Shown here one piece after another: positions 1 through 9,969 of a DNA stretch of 64,000 nucleotides. Within the stretch, counting starts at the first letter, position 1, and each line of letters begins with the position of its first letter. Position numbers and translations under genes: made by a program. Under the pieces are notes generated by a model. It did no database searches, was not told where the DNA came from, and worked only from the letters and a program-made list of their open reading frames with translations. Source of the DNA: Clostridia bacterium (GTDB taxonomy: Bacteria > Bacillota > Clostridia > RUG12999); the NCBI GenBank assembly GCA_017467445.1, contig JAFTSG010000011.1:24017-88016 (forward strand), read 5' to 3'.

Positions 1-963
1 TTATCACTCCGGCTACGGAAAAGAATTGGGCTTTTAATTGGATTTGCTGTATTTGTCCTTGCATCGTTCTGGCTTTTTTCACATATATGGTATATTGATG
101 TTGATACCTCCACTTCTATCCCGAGCGAAGAGCTTCTTTCCCAGCTTGAACTTGCGGGAGTTGAAAAAGGCACCCCCTTAAGGCAGATTGACCCGAATAA
201 AGTTCAGGCAAGGTTGCTTAATCTAAACCCTCGTCTAGTATGGGCGTGGCCGCACGTGCGGGGTAACAGTTTATATCTTGAAGTTCGCGAAAAGGTAAGC
301 GTGCCCGAAATTCTGCCAACAAACCCTTGTAATATAGTGGCAAGCCACAGCGGACTTATTACCTCTATGCTTGTTAAGGAGGGACGGCACGTTGTTACAG
401 AGGATATGTATGTTTCAGAAGGACAGCTTCTTGTGGGCGGTATTATGGACAGCGTTGCAATGGGTGTGCGCTATGTACATGCCGATGCGGAAATATGGGC
501 AACCACCGAAGAGAGTCTGTCGGAAACCTTTTCTCTTATAACAAGCGAAACAAATCGAACAGGCAACAACTCGGTCAGATATACCCTTAAATTCGGTAAT
601 CTCCCTATAAGTACACCTCTAATCGGCAAAAGCTTTGCCGCTTATGAAACCGAAGACACCGAAAGCACATTTCATATAGGAAGTGTGTATTTCCCCATAT
701 CGCTCATAAAAACCGAGTATATGGAAACCCTAACCGAAACAGTAGTGTGTCCTCAGGAACAGATTGAGCAGGAGGCACAGCAATATTTGGAAACCCTATT
801 GCAAAATTCGCTTAAAAATGGTATGATATTGGAAAAGAGATTTGATATACAAAAACTTGATGATAAAACAATAAGTGTTACGCTTAATGCCGTCTGCAGC
901 AGACAGATTGCGTTGGCAGAGCCTATTGAGGAGGAAATAAACATTGGCAGAGAAACTGATTGA
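1..963 (+). CDS. yqfD: sporulation protein YqfD (stage IV), 5' end cut by window edge
   Basis: Frame 1 is open from base 1 to the stop at 963. The visible N-terminal part has one hydrophobic span (LLIGFAVFVLASFWLF). It lies directly upstream of phoH-ybeY, as yqfD does in sporulating Firmicutes, and overlaps the phoH start by 20 nt. Confidence 0.7.
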   Translation, partial: LSLRLRKRIGLLIGFAVFVLASFWLFSHIWYIDVDTSTSIPSEELLSQLELAGVEKGTPLRQIDPNKVQARLLNLNPRLVWAWPHVRGNSLYLEVREKVSVPEILPTNPCNIVASHSGLITSMLVKEGRHVVTEDMYVSEGQLLVGGIMDSVAMGVRYVHADAEIWATTEESLSETFSLITSETNRTGNNSVRYTLKFGNLPISTPLIGKSFAAYETEDTESTFHIGSVYFPISLIKTEYMETLTETVVCPQEQIEQEAQQYLETLLQNSLKNGMILEKRFDIQKLDDKTISVTLNAVCSRQIALAEPIEEEINIGRETD

Positions 964-1945
964 AACCGGAAGCATTGGTGAAATAATAGGACTTTTTGGC
1001 GGATATGACGAAAATATCAAAATAATTGAAAAAGAACTTTCCGTTCGTATTATAAACCGCGAAACCGTTCTTAAAATTGAGGGCGAAGAAAAGTCTTGCG
1101 AAACTGCCGAAAAGGTTATCGGCATACTTCTTTCCCTTATCCGAAAAGGCGAAACCCTGAATGAGCAAAACATTCGTTATGTGCTGTCAATGGCGGAAAA
1201 CGGTCAAGAACAGCAGGTTATAAATATAGCCGAGGATACTATTTGTATAAGCTCGAAAGGCAAACCCGTAAAACCCAAAACGCTCGGTCAGGAAAAATAT
1301 ATTAAAGCTATTGCAAAAAACACAATCACACTCGGTATCGGTCCCGCCGGAACAGGTAAAACCTATCTTGCGGTGGCAATGGCGGTAAAAGCGTTCCGCA
1401 ACAAAGAGGTAAGCCGTATTATCCTTACCCGCCCTGCAGTTGAAGCAGGCGAAAAACTTGGATTTTTGCCGGGTGATTTACAGACTAAAATCGACCCGTA
1501 TCTTCGCCCATTATATGACGGACTTTACGATACAATGGGGTATGAAAACTATCAGCGCAACGTGGAGCGCGGACTTATTGAAATTGCTCCGCTTGCATAT
1601 ATGCGCGGACGTACACTTGACGATGCGTTTATAATCCTTGACGAAGCACAGAACACCACTCCCCAGCAGATGAAAATGTTTTTAACACGTATCGGATTTG
1701 GGTCAAAAGCCATTGTAACCGGTGATATTACGCAGATTGACCTGCCGGGACGTCAGACCTCCGGTCTTAAAGAAGCACTTAAGATATTAAAGGATATTGA
1801 AGGAATTGCCATCTGCAACTTCTCCGAAAAAGACGTTGTGCGTCATCCTCTTGTGCAGAAAATTATTAAAGCATATGAAAAATATGAATTTCGTAAAGAC
1901 GTAGTGAAAAACGAAGCTAAAAAAAGATATATTTTCAAAAAGTAG
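944..1945 (+). CDS. phoH: PhoH-family ATPase
   Basis: 333 aa. Walker A GPAGTGKT and the ILDEAQN box are present. The yqfD-phoH-ybeY order is conserved. Confidence 0.9.
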   Translation: MAEKLIETGSIGEIIGLFGGYDENIKIIEKELSVRIINRETVLKIEGEEKSCETAEKVIGILLSLIRKGETLNEQNIRYVLSMAENGQEQQVINIAEDTICISSKGKPVKPKTLGQEKYIKAIAKNTITLGIGPAGTGKTYLAVAMAVKAFRNKEVSRIILTRPAVEAGEKLGFLPGDLQTKIDPYLRPLYDGLYDTMGYENYQRNVERGLIEIAPLAYMRGRTLDDAFIILDEAQNTTPQQMKMFLTRIGFGSKAIVTGDITQIDLPGRQTSGLKEALKILKDIEGIAICNFSEKDVVRHPLVQKIIKAYEKYEFRKDVVKNEAKKRYIFKK

Positions 1946-1954
1946 GAGACATCT

Positions 1955-2419
1955 ATGGTTGATTTAATTATTGATTATACAGAGGCAACTGAAAACAAAG
2001 ATACCGAAAATATTATACGAAAAGCCGTTGAAAACACACTTATCCATCACGGACTGGATTTTGATGTTGAGGTGTCGGTTACTATTACAAATAACGATGA
2101 GATACAGAGTATCAACAACGAATTCCGTAATATCAACGCACCGACAGACGTGCTTTCGTTCCCGATGTATGAATTTGAAGAGCCTGCAATCTTTGATGAA
2201 AAAGCTCTTGCTCTTGAACCGGGCAGCGTAATTTTAGGTGATATTGTTGTATCTGTTGATAAAATAACCGAGCAGGCAGAAGAATTCGGGCATTCGTTTG
2301 AAACGGAGCTTTCGTATCTTGTAATACACTCAACTCTTCATCTTCTGGGATATGACCATATGGAAGAGGATGACAAACGCCTGATGCGCGAGCAGGAAGA
2401 AATAATACGAAAAATGTAA
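1955..2419 (+). CDS. ybeY: rRNA maturation endoribonuclease YbeY
   Basis: 154 aa with the zinc motif HSTLHLLGYDH (HxxxHxxGxxH). An RBS (AGGAGA) lies 6 nt upstream. Confidence 0.9.
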   Translation: MVDLIIDYTEATENKDTENIIRKAVENTLIHHGLDFDVEVSVTITNNDEIQSINNEFRNINAPTDVLSFPMYEFEEPAIFDEKALALEPGSVILGDIVVSVDKITEQAEEFGHSFETELSYLVIHSTLHLLGYDHMEEDDKRLMREQEEIIRKM

Positions 2420-2446
2420 AAAACGGTGCACTGCACCGTTTTTTTA
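2418..2446. terminator. bidirectional intrinsic terminator between ybeY and fprA
   Basis: Hairpin ACGGTGC-act-GCACCGT, flanked by an A-run on the left and T7 on the right. Confidence 0.7.
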
Positions 2447-3595
2447 TCTACATAATTCTTTTGCTAATGCTTTTATTTCATCAATATTTTCGTCCCGCAG
2501 TGCCGATTTTATATGCACTCCCGCTTCAGTATATGTTATATTTTTTGATTTTTCGAGCATTCCCTTTATGGTTTTTTCCGCCATAAGTGCCCATGAGCCG
2601 TTTTCTATAATTGCCACCGTTCTGCTTTGGAAATTGCGTTCTGTAAGGTGGTTTATAAATTCGTGCATAAACGGGAAAATTCCGCCGTTATATGTTGTGG
2701 TTGCAAGGACAATTCTGTCATATCGGAATGCATCTTCAACAGCCTCCGCCCAGTCCTCGCGCGCAAGGTCACATACAGAAACTTTTTCGCCGAGTGCTTC
2801 AATTTCCGATGCAAGCATTAATGCCGCCTGTTTTGTATTTCCGTAAACCGATGTATATGCAATAAACACACCTTTTGTTTCCGGCTCGTATGATGACCAT
2901 GTATTATAAAGATTTATATAGTGCGAAAGGTTGTCCGAAAGCACCGGTCCGTGAAGCGGGCAAATTCTTTCTATATCAAGACCTGCCGCTTTTTTGAGAA
3001 GAGCCTGTACCTGCGCACCGTATTTTCCTACAATACCAATATAGTATCTTCTTGCTTCGCAATCCCATTCTTCTTCGGCATCTTTTGCGCCGAATTTACC
3101 GAAAGCATCCGCCGAAAACAGCGTTTTTGACGTTTTTTCGTAGCTTAGCATAACCTCCGGCCAATGTACCATCGGCGCTGTTACAAATGTAAGTTCACTT
3201 TCACCAAGTGAAAGTGTATCCCCCTCGGCTACAACAATTTGTCTTTCAGCATAATCCGTACCGAAAAACTGCTGCATCATTACAAAAGCTTTTGCCGTTG
3301 CCACAATTACTGCAGATTTATATTTTTCCATAAACCTGTCAATGTTAGCGGAATGGTCGGGTTCCATATGATGTACTATAAGAAAATCAGGTTCTCTTCC
3401 CTGCAGTGTATTTTCAATATTTTCGAGCCACTTTTCACCAAAATTTTTATCCACCGTATCACAAACGGCAATCTTTTCGTCGCATATTACATAAGAATTA
3501 TATGACATTCCGTTAGGAACAACGTATTGCCCTTCAAAAAGGTCGATTTCCCTGTCATTTACGCCTATATAAACTATTTTATCCGTTACTTTCAT
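2444..3595 (-). CDS. FprA-type flavodiiron protein (A-type flavoprotein)
   Basis: 383 aa. The N-terminal metallo-beta-lactamase-like domain has the diiron motif HHMEPDHS. The C-terminal domain is flavodoxin-like (IAYTSVYGNTKQAA). Confidence 0.8.
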   Translation of the reverse strand: MKVTDKIVYIGVNDREIDLFEGQYVVPNGMSYNSYVICDEKIAVCDTVDKNFGEKWLENIENTLQGREPDFLIVHHMEPDHSANIDRFMEKYKSAVIVATAKAFVMMQQFFGTDYAERQIVVAEGDTLSLGESELTFVTAPMVHWPEVMLSYEKTSKTLFSADAFGKFGAKDAEEEWDCEARRYYIGIVGKYGAQVQALLKKAAGLDIERICPLHGPVLSDNLSHYINLYNTWSSYEPETKGVFIAYTSVYGNTKQAALMLASEIEALGEKVSVCDLAREDWAEAVEDAFRYDRIVLATTTYNGGIFPFMHEFINHLTERNFQSRTVAIIENGSWALMAEKTIKGMLEKSKNITYTEAGVHIKSALRDENIDEIKALAKELCR

Positions 3596-3630
3596 AAAAA
3601 CACCTCAAATTGAAATATACCTATAGTATA

Positions 3631-4191
3631 TCACATATTCAGGGATTTATCAAGCTGATTTACAAGGAAAATGGAAACAACCACTGTAATTACAATTTCA
3701 ATAGACATATATGAACCGTTATATATAAGTGAATACATAAATGCCGACTGTCCTTCCGGTGCATATACGCTCCAGATAAGCATTCCGGACAGCAAATGGC
3801 ATATGAATCTTGCAAAGGTTACTGCAAAGCTGCTTATTCCTGCGCCTATGTACTTATTTTTAAACTTTCGTTTTATGCTACCGGCAAATCCAAGTACCGT
3901 AAATGCAATAACATAGTCAAGCAAAATTACCGCTATATATGACAAAAAGGTTTCCGCCGGCGGTGCGATTCCGCCCAGCATCATTTGTATAAGTGAATAT
4001 ACAAATGATGTTATAAGCGCATATTTTAAATTCGCCGAAAACGAAAACAGTATTATGGGCGCCATTGATGCAAGGGTTACCGTGCCCTCCTGCGGCAGAC
4101 GGACAAGCGGAATCATTGAAAGTACCGTCGCTACCGCAACCATAAGCGCTCCCGTTGTTATTTTTCTTGTGTTCATATTACCACATCCCAT
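3631..4191 (-). CDS. thiT: thiamine ECF-transporter S component (ThiT-like)
   Basis: 186 aa and about 6 hydrophobic helices. It lies immediately downstream of a TPP riboswitch. The real start may be the second ATG at 4176 (MNTRK...). Confidence 0.7.
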   Translation of the reverse strand: MGCGNMNTRKITTGALMVAVATVLSMIPLVRLPQEGTVTLASMAPIILFSFSANLKYALITSFVYSLIQMMLGGIAPPAETFLSYIAVILLDYVIAFTVLGFAGSIKRKFKNKYIGAGISSFAVTFARFICHLLSGMLIWSVYAPEGQSAFMYSLIYNGSYMSIEIVITVVVSIFLVNQLDKSLNM

Positions 4192-4322
4192 AAAAAAATT
4201 GCAGGCGATAATGCCTGCAATTTAAATACTTAAATATTCTTCCTACGCCGGCATTATCCGTATCAGGTTTAAAGGGTTAGACCAAAAGTCCTCTCAGCCT
4301 GCTATGCAAGCACCCCTGATAA
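4192..4322 (-). promoter_or_regulatory. TPP (THI-box) riboswitch with terminator-type expression platform
   Basis: The minus strand reads GGGGUGC..GCUGAGAGG..ACCCUUUAAACCUGAUACGGAUAAUGCCGGCGUAGGAAG (4238-4320), which matches the conserved THI-box core. It is followed by the hairpin ATTGCAGGC-attat-GCCTGCAAT plus U7 (4221-4192), just before the thiT start. Confidence 0.85.
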
Positions 4323-4342
4323 ATATATTTAGTTTTTATTTA

Positions 4343-6430
4343 TTAGATTTCTTCTTTTTCAGGAAGAATTCTTGCAAGGTTGATTCTGCCCATTTTATCA
4401 ATTTCGAGAACCTTAACCTTAATTACATCACCGATGAGTACAACATCTTCAACTTTTTCAACACGTTTGCTGTCAAGCTTTGAAATGTGTACAAGACCGT
4501 CTTTACCCGGAAGAATTTCAACAAACGCCCCGAATGTTGTTGTTCTTACAACAGTACCTTCGTAAATTTCGCCCGGCTGCGGTTCTTTTACGATACCTTC
4601 GATAATCTGTTTAGCTTTATCTCCGGAAGCTGAATCAACAGCGGCGATGAATACTCTGCCATCATCTTCAATATCAATTTTAACGCCTGTATCAGCAATG
4701 ATTTTCTGGATTGTTTTTCCGCCTGAACCGATTACGTCACGGATTTTTTCAGGGTCAATTGTGAATGAAATCATTTTCGGTGCATACGGAGAAAGTTCTT
4801 CTCTTACTTCCGGAATTGCTTTAAGCATAATTTCATCAAGAATGTAGAATCTTGCTTTTCTTGTTTTATCAAATGCTTCTGCAATGATTTCAGGTGTAAG
4901 ACCGTCGATTTTGATATCAACCTGAATTGCTGTGATACCGTTTTTAGTACCTGCAACTTTAAAGTCCATATCGCCGAAGAAGTCTTCAACTCCCTGAATA
5001 TCAAGCATTGTCATCCATCTGTCTGCTTCTGTGATAAGACCAACGGAAATACCGGCAACAGGTTCTTTAATCGGAACACCGGCATCCATAAGAGCAAGTG
5101 TTGAGCCGCAGATAGCACCCTGTGATGTTGAACCGTTTGAACTTAAAACTTCGGATACAAGGCGGATTGCGTACGGGAATTCTTCTTCAGAAGGAATAAC
5201 CGGTTCAAGAGCTTTTTCTGCAAGAGCACCGTGGCCGATTTCACGTCTTCCCGGACCTCTTGACGGTTTTGTTTCGCCAACGCTGTATGACGGGAAGTTA
5301 TAGTGATGGATATATCTTTTTGATTCGTCAGTATCAATACCGTCGAGTTTCTGCGCATCGCCAATTGCACCAAGTGTTGCAATTGTAAGAACCTGTGTTT
5401 GTCCTCTTGTGAACATACCACTACCATGTGTTCTCGGGAGGAGCCCAACTTCTGCCGCAAGCGGCCTTATTTCGTTAATTCCTCTGCCGTCAACACGTTT
5501 GCCGTCATCAAGTAACCAACGGCGAACAACGTATTTCTGAAGTTTGTAAATTGCTTCTGCAATTTCGCCTTCTCTGCCTTCATATTTTTCGCCGAATTCG
5601 GCTGCAATTTCATCTTCAACAACCTGCATACGTGCGTCACGAACTGTTTTGTCGTTGGTATCCATAGCGGCACGTACTTTTTCGATTGCAAAATCTTTAA
5701 TATCGTTATAAAGCTCTGCATCAACCTCGCAGGAAGCATATTCAAATTTCGGTTTACCGATTTCGTTACCGATTTCGATAATGAATTTACAAAGCTCTTT
5801 AATAACTTCGTGAGCTTTAAGGATTGCTTCAAGCATTACAGCATCGGGAACTTCTTTAGCACCTGCTTCAATCATAACGATTTTTTCTTCGCTTGCAGCT
5901 ACCGTAAGTGTAAGTGCAGATTTTTCGCGCTGCTGCTGATTCGGGTTGATGATGATTTCGCCGTCTACAAGACCAACTGCTACGCTTGCAACAGGGCCGT
6001 TAAATGGAATATCGGAAATCTGGATTGCGATAGCCGCGCCGAGCATAGCCGCAATTTCAGGAGAGTTGTCCTGATCAACAGACATTACTGTTGTTACAAT
6101 AGAAACGTCGTTTCTTAAATCTTTCGGAAAAAGCGGACGAAGCGGGCGGTCAATACATCTTGATGCAAGAATTGCCTTTTCGCTGGGTTTACCTTCACGT
6201 TTCTGGAAGCTTCCCGGAATTTTACCTACGGAATAAAGTTTTTCTTCGTAGTCAACGCTAAGTGGGAAGAAATCAACCCCTTCACGAGGTTTAGCTGAAG
6301 CTGTTGCAGTTGCAAGAACAACTGTATCGCCAAATCTTACAAGGGCACTGCCGTTTGCAAGCCCTGCCATTTTACCTGTTTCAACAACAACTTTTCTGCC
6401 GGATAAAGTGGTTTCAAAAGTTTTAAACAT
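4343..6430 (-). CDS. pnp: polynucleotide phosphorylase
   Basis: 695 aa with two RNase PH-like domains, a KH domain ([10 protein letters not shown]) and a C-terminal S1 domain. It sits downstream of rpsO in the classical arrangement. Confidence 0.95.
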   Translation of the reverse strand: MFKTFETTLSGRKVVVETGKMAGLANGSALVRFGDTVVLATATASAKPREGVDFFPLSVDYEEKLYSVGKIPGSFQKREGKPSEKAILASRCIDRPLRPLFPKDLRNDVSIVTTVMSVDQDNSPEIAAMLGAAIAIQISDIPFNGPVASVAVGLVDGEIIINPNQQQREKSALTLTVAASEEKIVMIEAGAKEVPDAVMLEAILKAHEVIKELCKFIIEIGNEIGKPKFEYASCEVDAELYNDIKDFAIEKVRAAMDTNDKTVRDARMQVVEDEIAAEFGEKYEGREGEIAEAIYKLQKYVVRRWLLDDGKRVDGRGINEIRPLAAEVGLLPRTHGSGMFTRGQTQVLTIATLGAIGDAQKLDGIDTDESKRYIHHYNFPSYSVGETKPSRGPGRREIGHGALAEKALEPVIPSEEEFPYAIRLVSEVLSSNGSTSQGAICGSTLALMDAGVPIKEPVAGISVGLITEADRWMTMLDIQGVEDFFGDMDFKVAGTKNGITAIQVDIKIDGLTPEIIAEAFDKTRKARFYILDEIMLKAIPEVREELSPYAPKMISFTIDPEKIRDVIGSGGKTIQKIIADTGVKIDIEDDGRVFIAAVDSASGDKAKQIIEGIVKEPQPGEIYEGTVVRTTTFGAFVEILPGKDGLVHISKLDSKRVEKVEDVVLIGDVIKVKVLEIDKMGRINLARILPEKEEI

Positions 6431-6464
6431 AGTTTTTCTCCTTTTCTAGGGCCGGCATTTAGCA

Positions 6465-6506
6465 CTTAGATATATCGCCAAATACACGCTTAGCGCCATA
6501 TCTAAG
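6465..6506 (-). promoter_or_regulatory. pnp 5' leader stem-loop (possible processing/autoregulation hairpin)
   Basis: A 9-bp stem CTTAGATAT / ATATCTAAG encloses about 24 nt, between the rpsO terminator and the pnp RBS. The function is inferred by analogy only. Confidence 0.3.
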
Positions 6507-6529
6507 CTGCTAATTTACCAGTACCCTGC

Positions 6530-6565
6530 TTAAAATTTTAAAGGGCGATGCTATGCACCGCCCCT
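6530..6565 (-). terminator. rpsO terminator
   Basis: The minus strand carries the GC hairpin GGGGCGGTGCatAGCATCGCCC followed by a T-rich tract. Confidence 0.55.
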
Positions 6566-6572
6566 TTTTGTA

Positions 6573-6839
6573 TTACTTTCTCAGACCGAGTTTTGCAACA
6601 ACGGCACGGTATCTTTCAATATCAACTTTTGCAAGGTAATTCAAAAGTCCGCGACGCTGACCAACCATTTTAAGAAGACCACGTCTGGAATGGTTATCCT
6701 TCTTATGAACCTTAAGGTGCTCGTTGAGCTCGTTGATTCTGGTTGTGAGTATAGCTACCTGAACTTCAGGGGATCCTGTATCAGTATCGTGAAGTTTGTA
6801 TTCAGCTATAACAGCCTGTTTTACGTCCTTACGTATCAT
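6573..6839 (-). CDS. rpsO: 30S ribosomal protein S15
   Basis: 88 aa, counted from the ATG at 6839. This ATG is preceded by GGAGGTG, and the longer ORF start at 6869 lacks an RBS. The signature [11 protein letters not shown] is present. Confidence 0.95.
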   Translation of the reverse strand: MIRKDVKQAVIAEYKLHDTDTGSPEVQVAILTTRINELNEHLKVHKKDNHSRRGLLKMVGQRRGLLNYLAKVDIERYRAVVAKLGLRK

Positions 6840-6921
6840 AGTAACACCTCCATATTTTAATACACTCATAAGCTAAGTATAGGACGGTGAACCCTTATAC
6901 TGAGCAAAGAGTAACATCGGT

Positions 6922-6950
6922 ATTATAACACAATATTTACCATTTGTAAA
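6922..6950 (-). promoter_or_regulatory. sigma-A-type promoter of rpsO
   Basis: The minus strand reads TTTACA, a 17-nt spacer, then TGtTATAAT (extended -10). The downstream leader contains an AGTATA..TATACT hairpin. Confidence 0.55.
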
Positions 6951-6989
6951 TAGTTTTTTGAAATTTTTTTAAATTTCTTTATTCTTAAA

Positions 6990-7026
6990 CAAAAAAGGAA
7001 TCCGTAAACAGAATTCCTTTTTTTGT
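6990..7026. terminator. terminator downstream of spoVT (bidirectional shape)
   Basis: Hairpin AAGGAAT..ATTCCTT, flanked by A6 and T7. Confidence 0.6.
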
Positions 7027-7036
7027 AAAAACTTTG

Positions 7037-7582
7037 TCAGGACTCCATATGTCTGCCGAGAAAGTTCGCCGCAGATTGAGTAAGCTTTGCTTCTACCTCA
7101 CCCATTTTACCTGTGCCGTCGGTATTTACCATAACAACCGTACCTATTATATCGCCCTCGGAAATAATAGGCGCAACAACGCCTGCCTGATATTTACTTA
7201 CACCCTCAACAAGAGCCGCTTTTTCGGATGAATCGGGTTTCATAACAAACATTGTTTTTTCGTCCATAATACGTTCAAGCTCGCCACTTATGCGTTTTTC
7301 GGAAAGCTCTTTTTTCGGCGCACCCGAAACGGCAATTATGGAATCTTTATCTGTAATGCACACTGGAAATCCGCTTGTTTTTGAAAGAGTTTCCGCATAA
7401 ACAGATGCAAATTCGGAAAGCTCGCCTATGGGAGAGTATTTTTTGAAAATGACCTCGCCCTCTCTGTCGGTAAATATTTCAAGCGGGTCTCCCTCACGGA
7501 TGCGGAGTGTGCGTCTTATTTCTTTAGGAATAACAACACGACCAAGGTCGTCAATTCTTCTTACAATTCCTGTAGCTTTCAT
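7037..7582 (-). CDS. spoVT: stage V sporulation protein T (AbrB-family regulator)
   Basis: 181 aa. The N-terminal SpoVT/AbrB domain reads GIVRRIDDLGRVVIPKEIRRTLRIREGDPLEIF, followed by a GAF-like C-terminal part. Confidence 0.85.
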   Translation of the reverse strand: MKATGIVRRIDDLGRVVIPKEIRRTLRIREGDPLEIFTDREGEVIFKKYSPIGELSEFASVYAETLSKTSGFPVCITDKDSIIAVSGAPKKELSEKRISGELERIMDEKTMFVMKPDSSEKAALVEGVSKYQAGVVAPIISEGDIIGTVVMVNTDGTGKMGEVEAKLTQSAANFLGRHMES

Positions 7583-7685
7583 ATATAAAATCTCCTTTTG
7601 GTTTAAATTGCAAAAATATTATTCTCCCCGCAAGGAATTTTTATGTAAGGAAAAAGGTGGGAAAGGTTATAATTGTTCATAAATG

Positions 7686-7716
7686 AAAAAGTCGCGGAAA
7701 ATCCGCGACTTTTTTT
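7686..7716. terminator. intrinsic terminator (bidirectional shape)
   Basis: Hairpin GTCGCGGA-aaa-TCCGCGAC, flanked by A5 and T7. It lies downstream of the small minus-strand ORF at 7787-7954. Confidence 0.65.
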
Positions 7717-7786
7717 CATTTTTCAAAAAATCAAGGTTCTCGGGACCCGACAGCAATCTTTGATTGCTTAAAGTCGGGTGAGGTTC

Positions 7787-7954
7787 TTATTTCATCATAC
7801 TATCGATTGCACAGCCGATTGTTTTAAAAACGCCGTCAGTTCCTCGTGCAAGTTTTTTCTTTTGTTTATCTTTAAGCGGGTCGGCAATCATTCCTGCTGC
7901 CGCACCGATTACCGCGCCTGTAACAAGGCCGGATATAAACATTTTTCCGCTCAT
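7787..7954 (-). CDS. small (55 aa) glycine-zipper/YtxH-like membrane protein
   Basis: This ORF is below the 60-aa cut-off of the ORF track. My translation is MSGKMFISGLVTGAVIGAAAGMIADPLKDKQKKKLARGTDGVFKTIGCAIDSMMK. It has a weak RBS (AGGCGGA) and a terminator downstream. Confidence 0.4.
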   Translation of the reverse strand: MSGKMFISGLVTGAVIGAAAGMIADPLKDKQKKKLARGTDGVFKTIGCAIDSMMK

Positions 7955-8042
7955 TTTTTCATCCGCCTTTCAAAATTCTTACTTGCGGTTGTATTATGTC
8001 CTTTTTTACATTAAAATATGTAAAAAATATTGCAATTTTATA

Positions 8043-8071
8043 TTGACTAAATATTAATTTTATTATAAAAT
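8043..8071 (+). promoter_or_regulatory. sigma-A-type promoter of cdaA operon
   Basis: TTGACT, a 17-nt spacer, then TAAAAT. Confidence 0.45.
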
Positions 8072-8120
8072 ATTTATATAAATATACATTATGTGAACTT
8101 ATAAATTTGGAGTGGTATTA

Positions 8121-8978
8121 ATGGCCGAAAGACTGACTCAATCTCTTTCGCGTATTGCAAGTATAGGCTGGATGGACATAATTGACATTCTTGTTGTGGC
8201 TTATGTCGTTTACAAGCTTATTCAGTTTGCACGCGAAACAAGGGCAGGACAGCTTCTCAAAGGTATTGTTCTGCTGATTATACTTACCCAGCTGAGCGGT
8301 TGGTTACAACTTAATACTGTTAACTATATTCTTCTGAATGCTATGCAGGTCGGTGTGCTTGCTCTTGTTATTGTTTTTCAGCCGGAGCTTCGCCGTGCGC
8401 TTGACAAAATGGGCAGAAGCAGCTTCAGTAACATTTTTAAACCCGATATGCCTGCCGATTACAACGTGTTTGATATGATTAACGCAATTAAGGAAGCTGC
8501 CGGAAGTCTTTCTCTTTCAAAAACCGGTGCACTTATTGTTATTGAACGCGAAACCAAGCTCGGTGAAATTATTCATACAGGCACATCCCTTGATGCCGAG
8601 GTTTCTCCGCAAATGCTTGAAAACATATTTTTCCCGAACTCCCCTCTTCACGACGGAGCGGTAATTCTTAAAAAAGGCCGAATTGCGGCGGCAAGCTGTT
8701 ATCTGCCGCTTACAAATGACGATTCGCTTAACAAACAGCTCGGCACAAGACACCGTGCAGCAATCGGTATAAGCGAAACTGCAGATTGTGTTGCAATTGT
8801 TGTTTCTGAAGAAACAGGTAAAATATCTCTTGCTCTTGGCGGAGATTTAACACGCAACTTAACTCCGGACAGCCTTGCAAAATGGCTTGAAAAGTTACTT
8901 CTTCCGTCTGACGAGGAAAATCCGGATGGCAAATCCATTATAAAGAAGGTGGCAAGAAAATGGTCAAAAAATGGTTAA
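8121..8978 (+). CDS. cdaA: diadenylate cyclase CdaA
   Basis: An N-terminal transmembrane region is followed by a DAC domain (DGAVIL, GTRHRAAIGISE). The ATG at 8121 has GGAG 8 nt upstream, so I prefer it to the GTG at 8112. Confidence 0.9.
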   Translation: MAERLTQSLSRIASIGWMDIIDILVVAYVVYKLIQFARETRAGQLLKGIVLLIILTQLSGWLQLNTVNYILLNAMQVGVLALVIVFQPELRRALDKMGRSSFSNIFKPDMPADYNVFDMINAIKEAAGSLSLSKTGALIVIERETKLGEIIHTGTSLDAEVSPQMLENIFFPNSPLHDGAVILKKGRIAAASCYLPLTNDDSLNKQLGTRHRAAIGISETADCVAIVVSEETGKISLALGGDLTRNLTPDSLAKWLEKLLLPSDEENPDGKSIIKKVARKWSKNG

Positions 8979-9892
8979 ATAATAAAACATTTTTGCGCAT
9001 ACTTTCTCTTGTTATTGCCTTTGCGCTGTGGTCTTACGTTATAATTACGCAGGACCCGGAACGAACTGCACGCATTGACAATGTTGAAGTAATTTGCGGC
9101 CTTTCGCAAATGCAGCTTAACGAAGGCCTTACAATAGTTTCAAAATCACACGAAACTGTTTCATTTACAGCAACAGGAAACCGCAGTCTTGTAACAGGTA
9201 CAGACGGCAAATTTTATGCAAAGCTTGACCTGGATAACATTATGACTCCGGGTAAATACAGCATAACACCGGTTATTTCAAAACCGGACAGTGTAACCAT
9301 TCAGGCACTTAACCCAACTGCTATAGAAGTTCATATTGACAGATATGTTTCTTCTCTTATTCCCGTTAAAGTTCATACAATCGGCACTCTTCCGGAGGGT
9401 GTTGCAATAAAAACTGCCACACCGGACATTTCCGTAACAACCGTTACTGTGCCGTCACTTATGCTTGAAGAAATTTCGTATGTAGGTGCAACAATTGACC
9501 TGTCGCAGGTAACTTCCTCCGGCAAAATTGACGTTTCACCTATTCTGTATAACGAAAACGGCGCTGTTCTCAACATTATCGGTGCATCAATTGAAGCTTC
9601 TGTTATAAATGTTGATATTGAAGCCGAACGCACAAAAACCGTTCCCGTATATCCGATTGTTTCTGATGACGGCGGTTTTGCAAAAGGGCTGAAACTGAAT
9701 GTTTCCCCGCAAACCATTGCAATTTACGGCAATGCTGATGCGGTAAATGCCGTAACATCGGTTACTACGGATTCACTCAGGCTGTTTTCCGTACCATCCG
9801 GCGATGACGAATTTCAGGTGAAACTGCAGCTGCCGGTAGGTGTACGACTTGCCGATGGCGCGAGCGATGTGGTGACATTAACATTTAAATAA
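8960..9892 (+). CDS. cdaR: CdaA regulatory protein CdaR (YbbR-domain protein)
   Basis: 310 aa with an N-terminal membrane anchor and repeated YbbR-like beta-rich modules. It overlaps the cdaA end and keeps the conserved cdaA-cdaR order. Confidence 0.8.
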   Translation: MVKKWLNNKTFLRILSLVIAFALWSYVIITQDPERTARIDNVEVICGLSQMQLNEGLTIVSKSHETVSFTATGNRSLVTGTDGKFYAKLDLDNIMTPGKYSITPVISKPDSVTIQALNPTAIEVHIDRYVSSLIPVKVHTIGTLPEGVAIKTATPDISVTTVTVPSLMLEEISYVGATIDLSQVTSSGKIDVSPILYNENGAVLNIIGASIEASVINVDIEAERTKTVPVYPIVSDDGGFAKGLKLNVSPQTIAIYGNADAVNAVTSVTTDSLRLFSVPSGDDEFQVKLQLPVGVRLADGASDVVTLTFK

Positions 9893-9939
9893 TATTGGGT
9901 GCTATAAAAAAGCGCTTAACCGCACAAAAACAAGTATAT

Positions 9940-9969
9940 AAAAAGCCTCCCGTGGGGAGGCTTTTTTTA
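9940..9969. terminator. bidirectional terminator (cdaR / MBL hydrolase)
   Basis: Hairpin GCCTCCC-gtg-GGGAGGC, flanked by A5 and T7. Confidence 0.75.

Noticed and set aside
7778-8014. A 78-aa plus-strand ORF.
   Set aside because: It has no RBS and a Cys/Phe-rich composition. The opposite strand encodes a more plausible 55-aa peptide with a start, stop and terminator.
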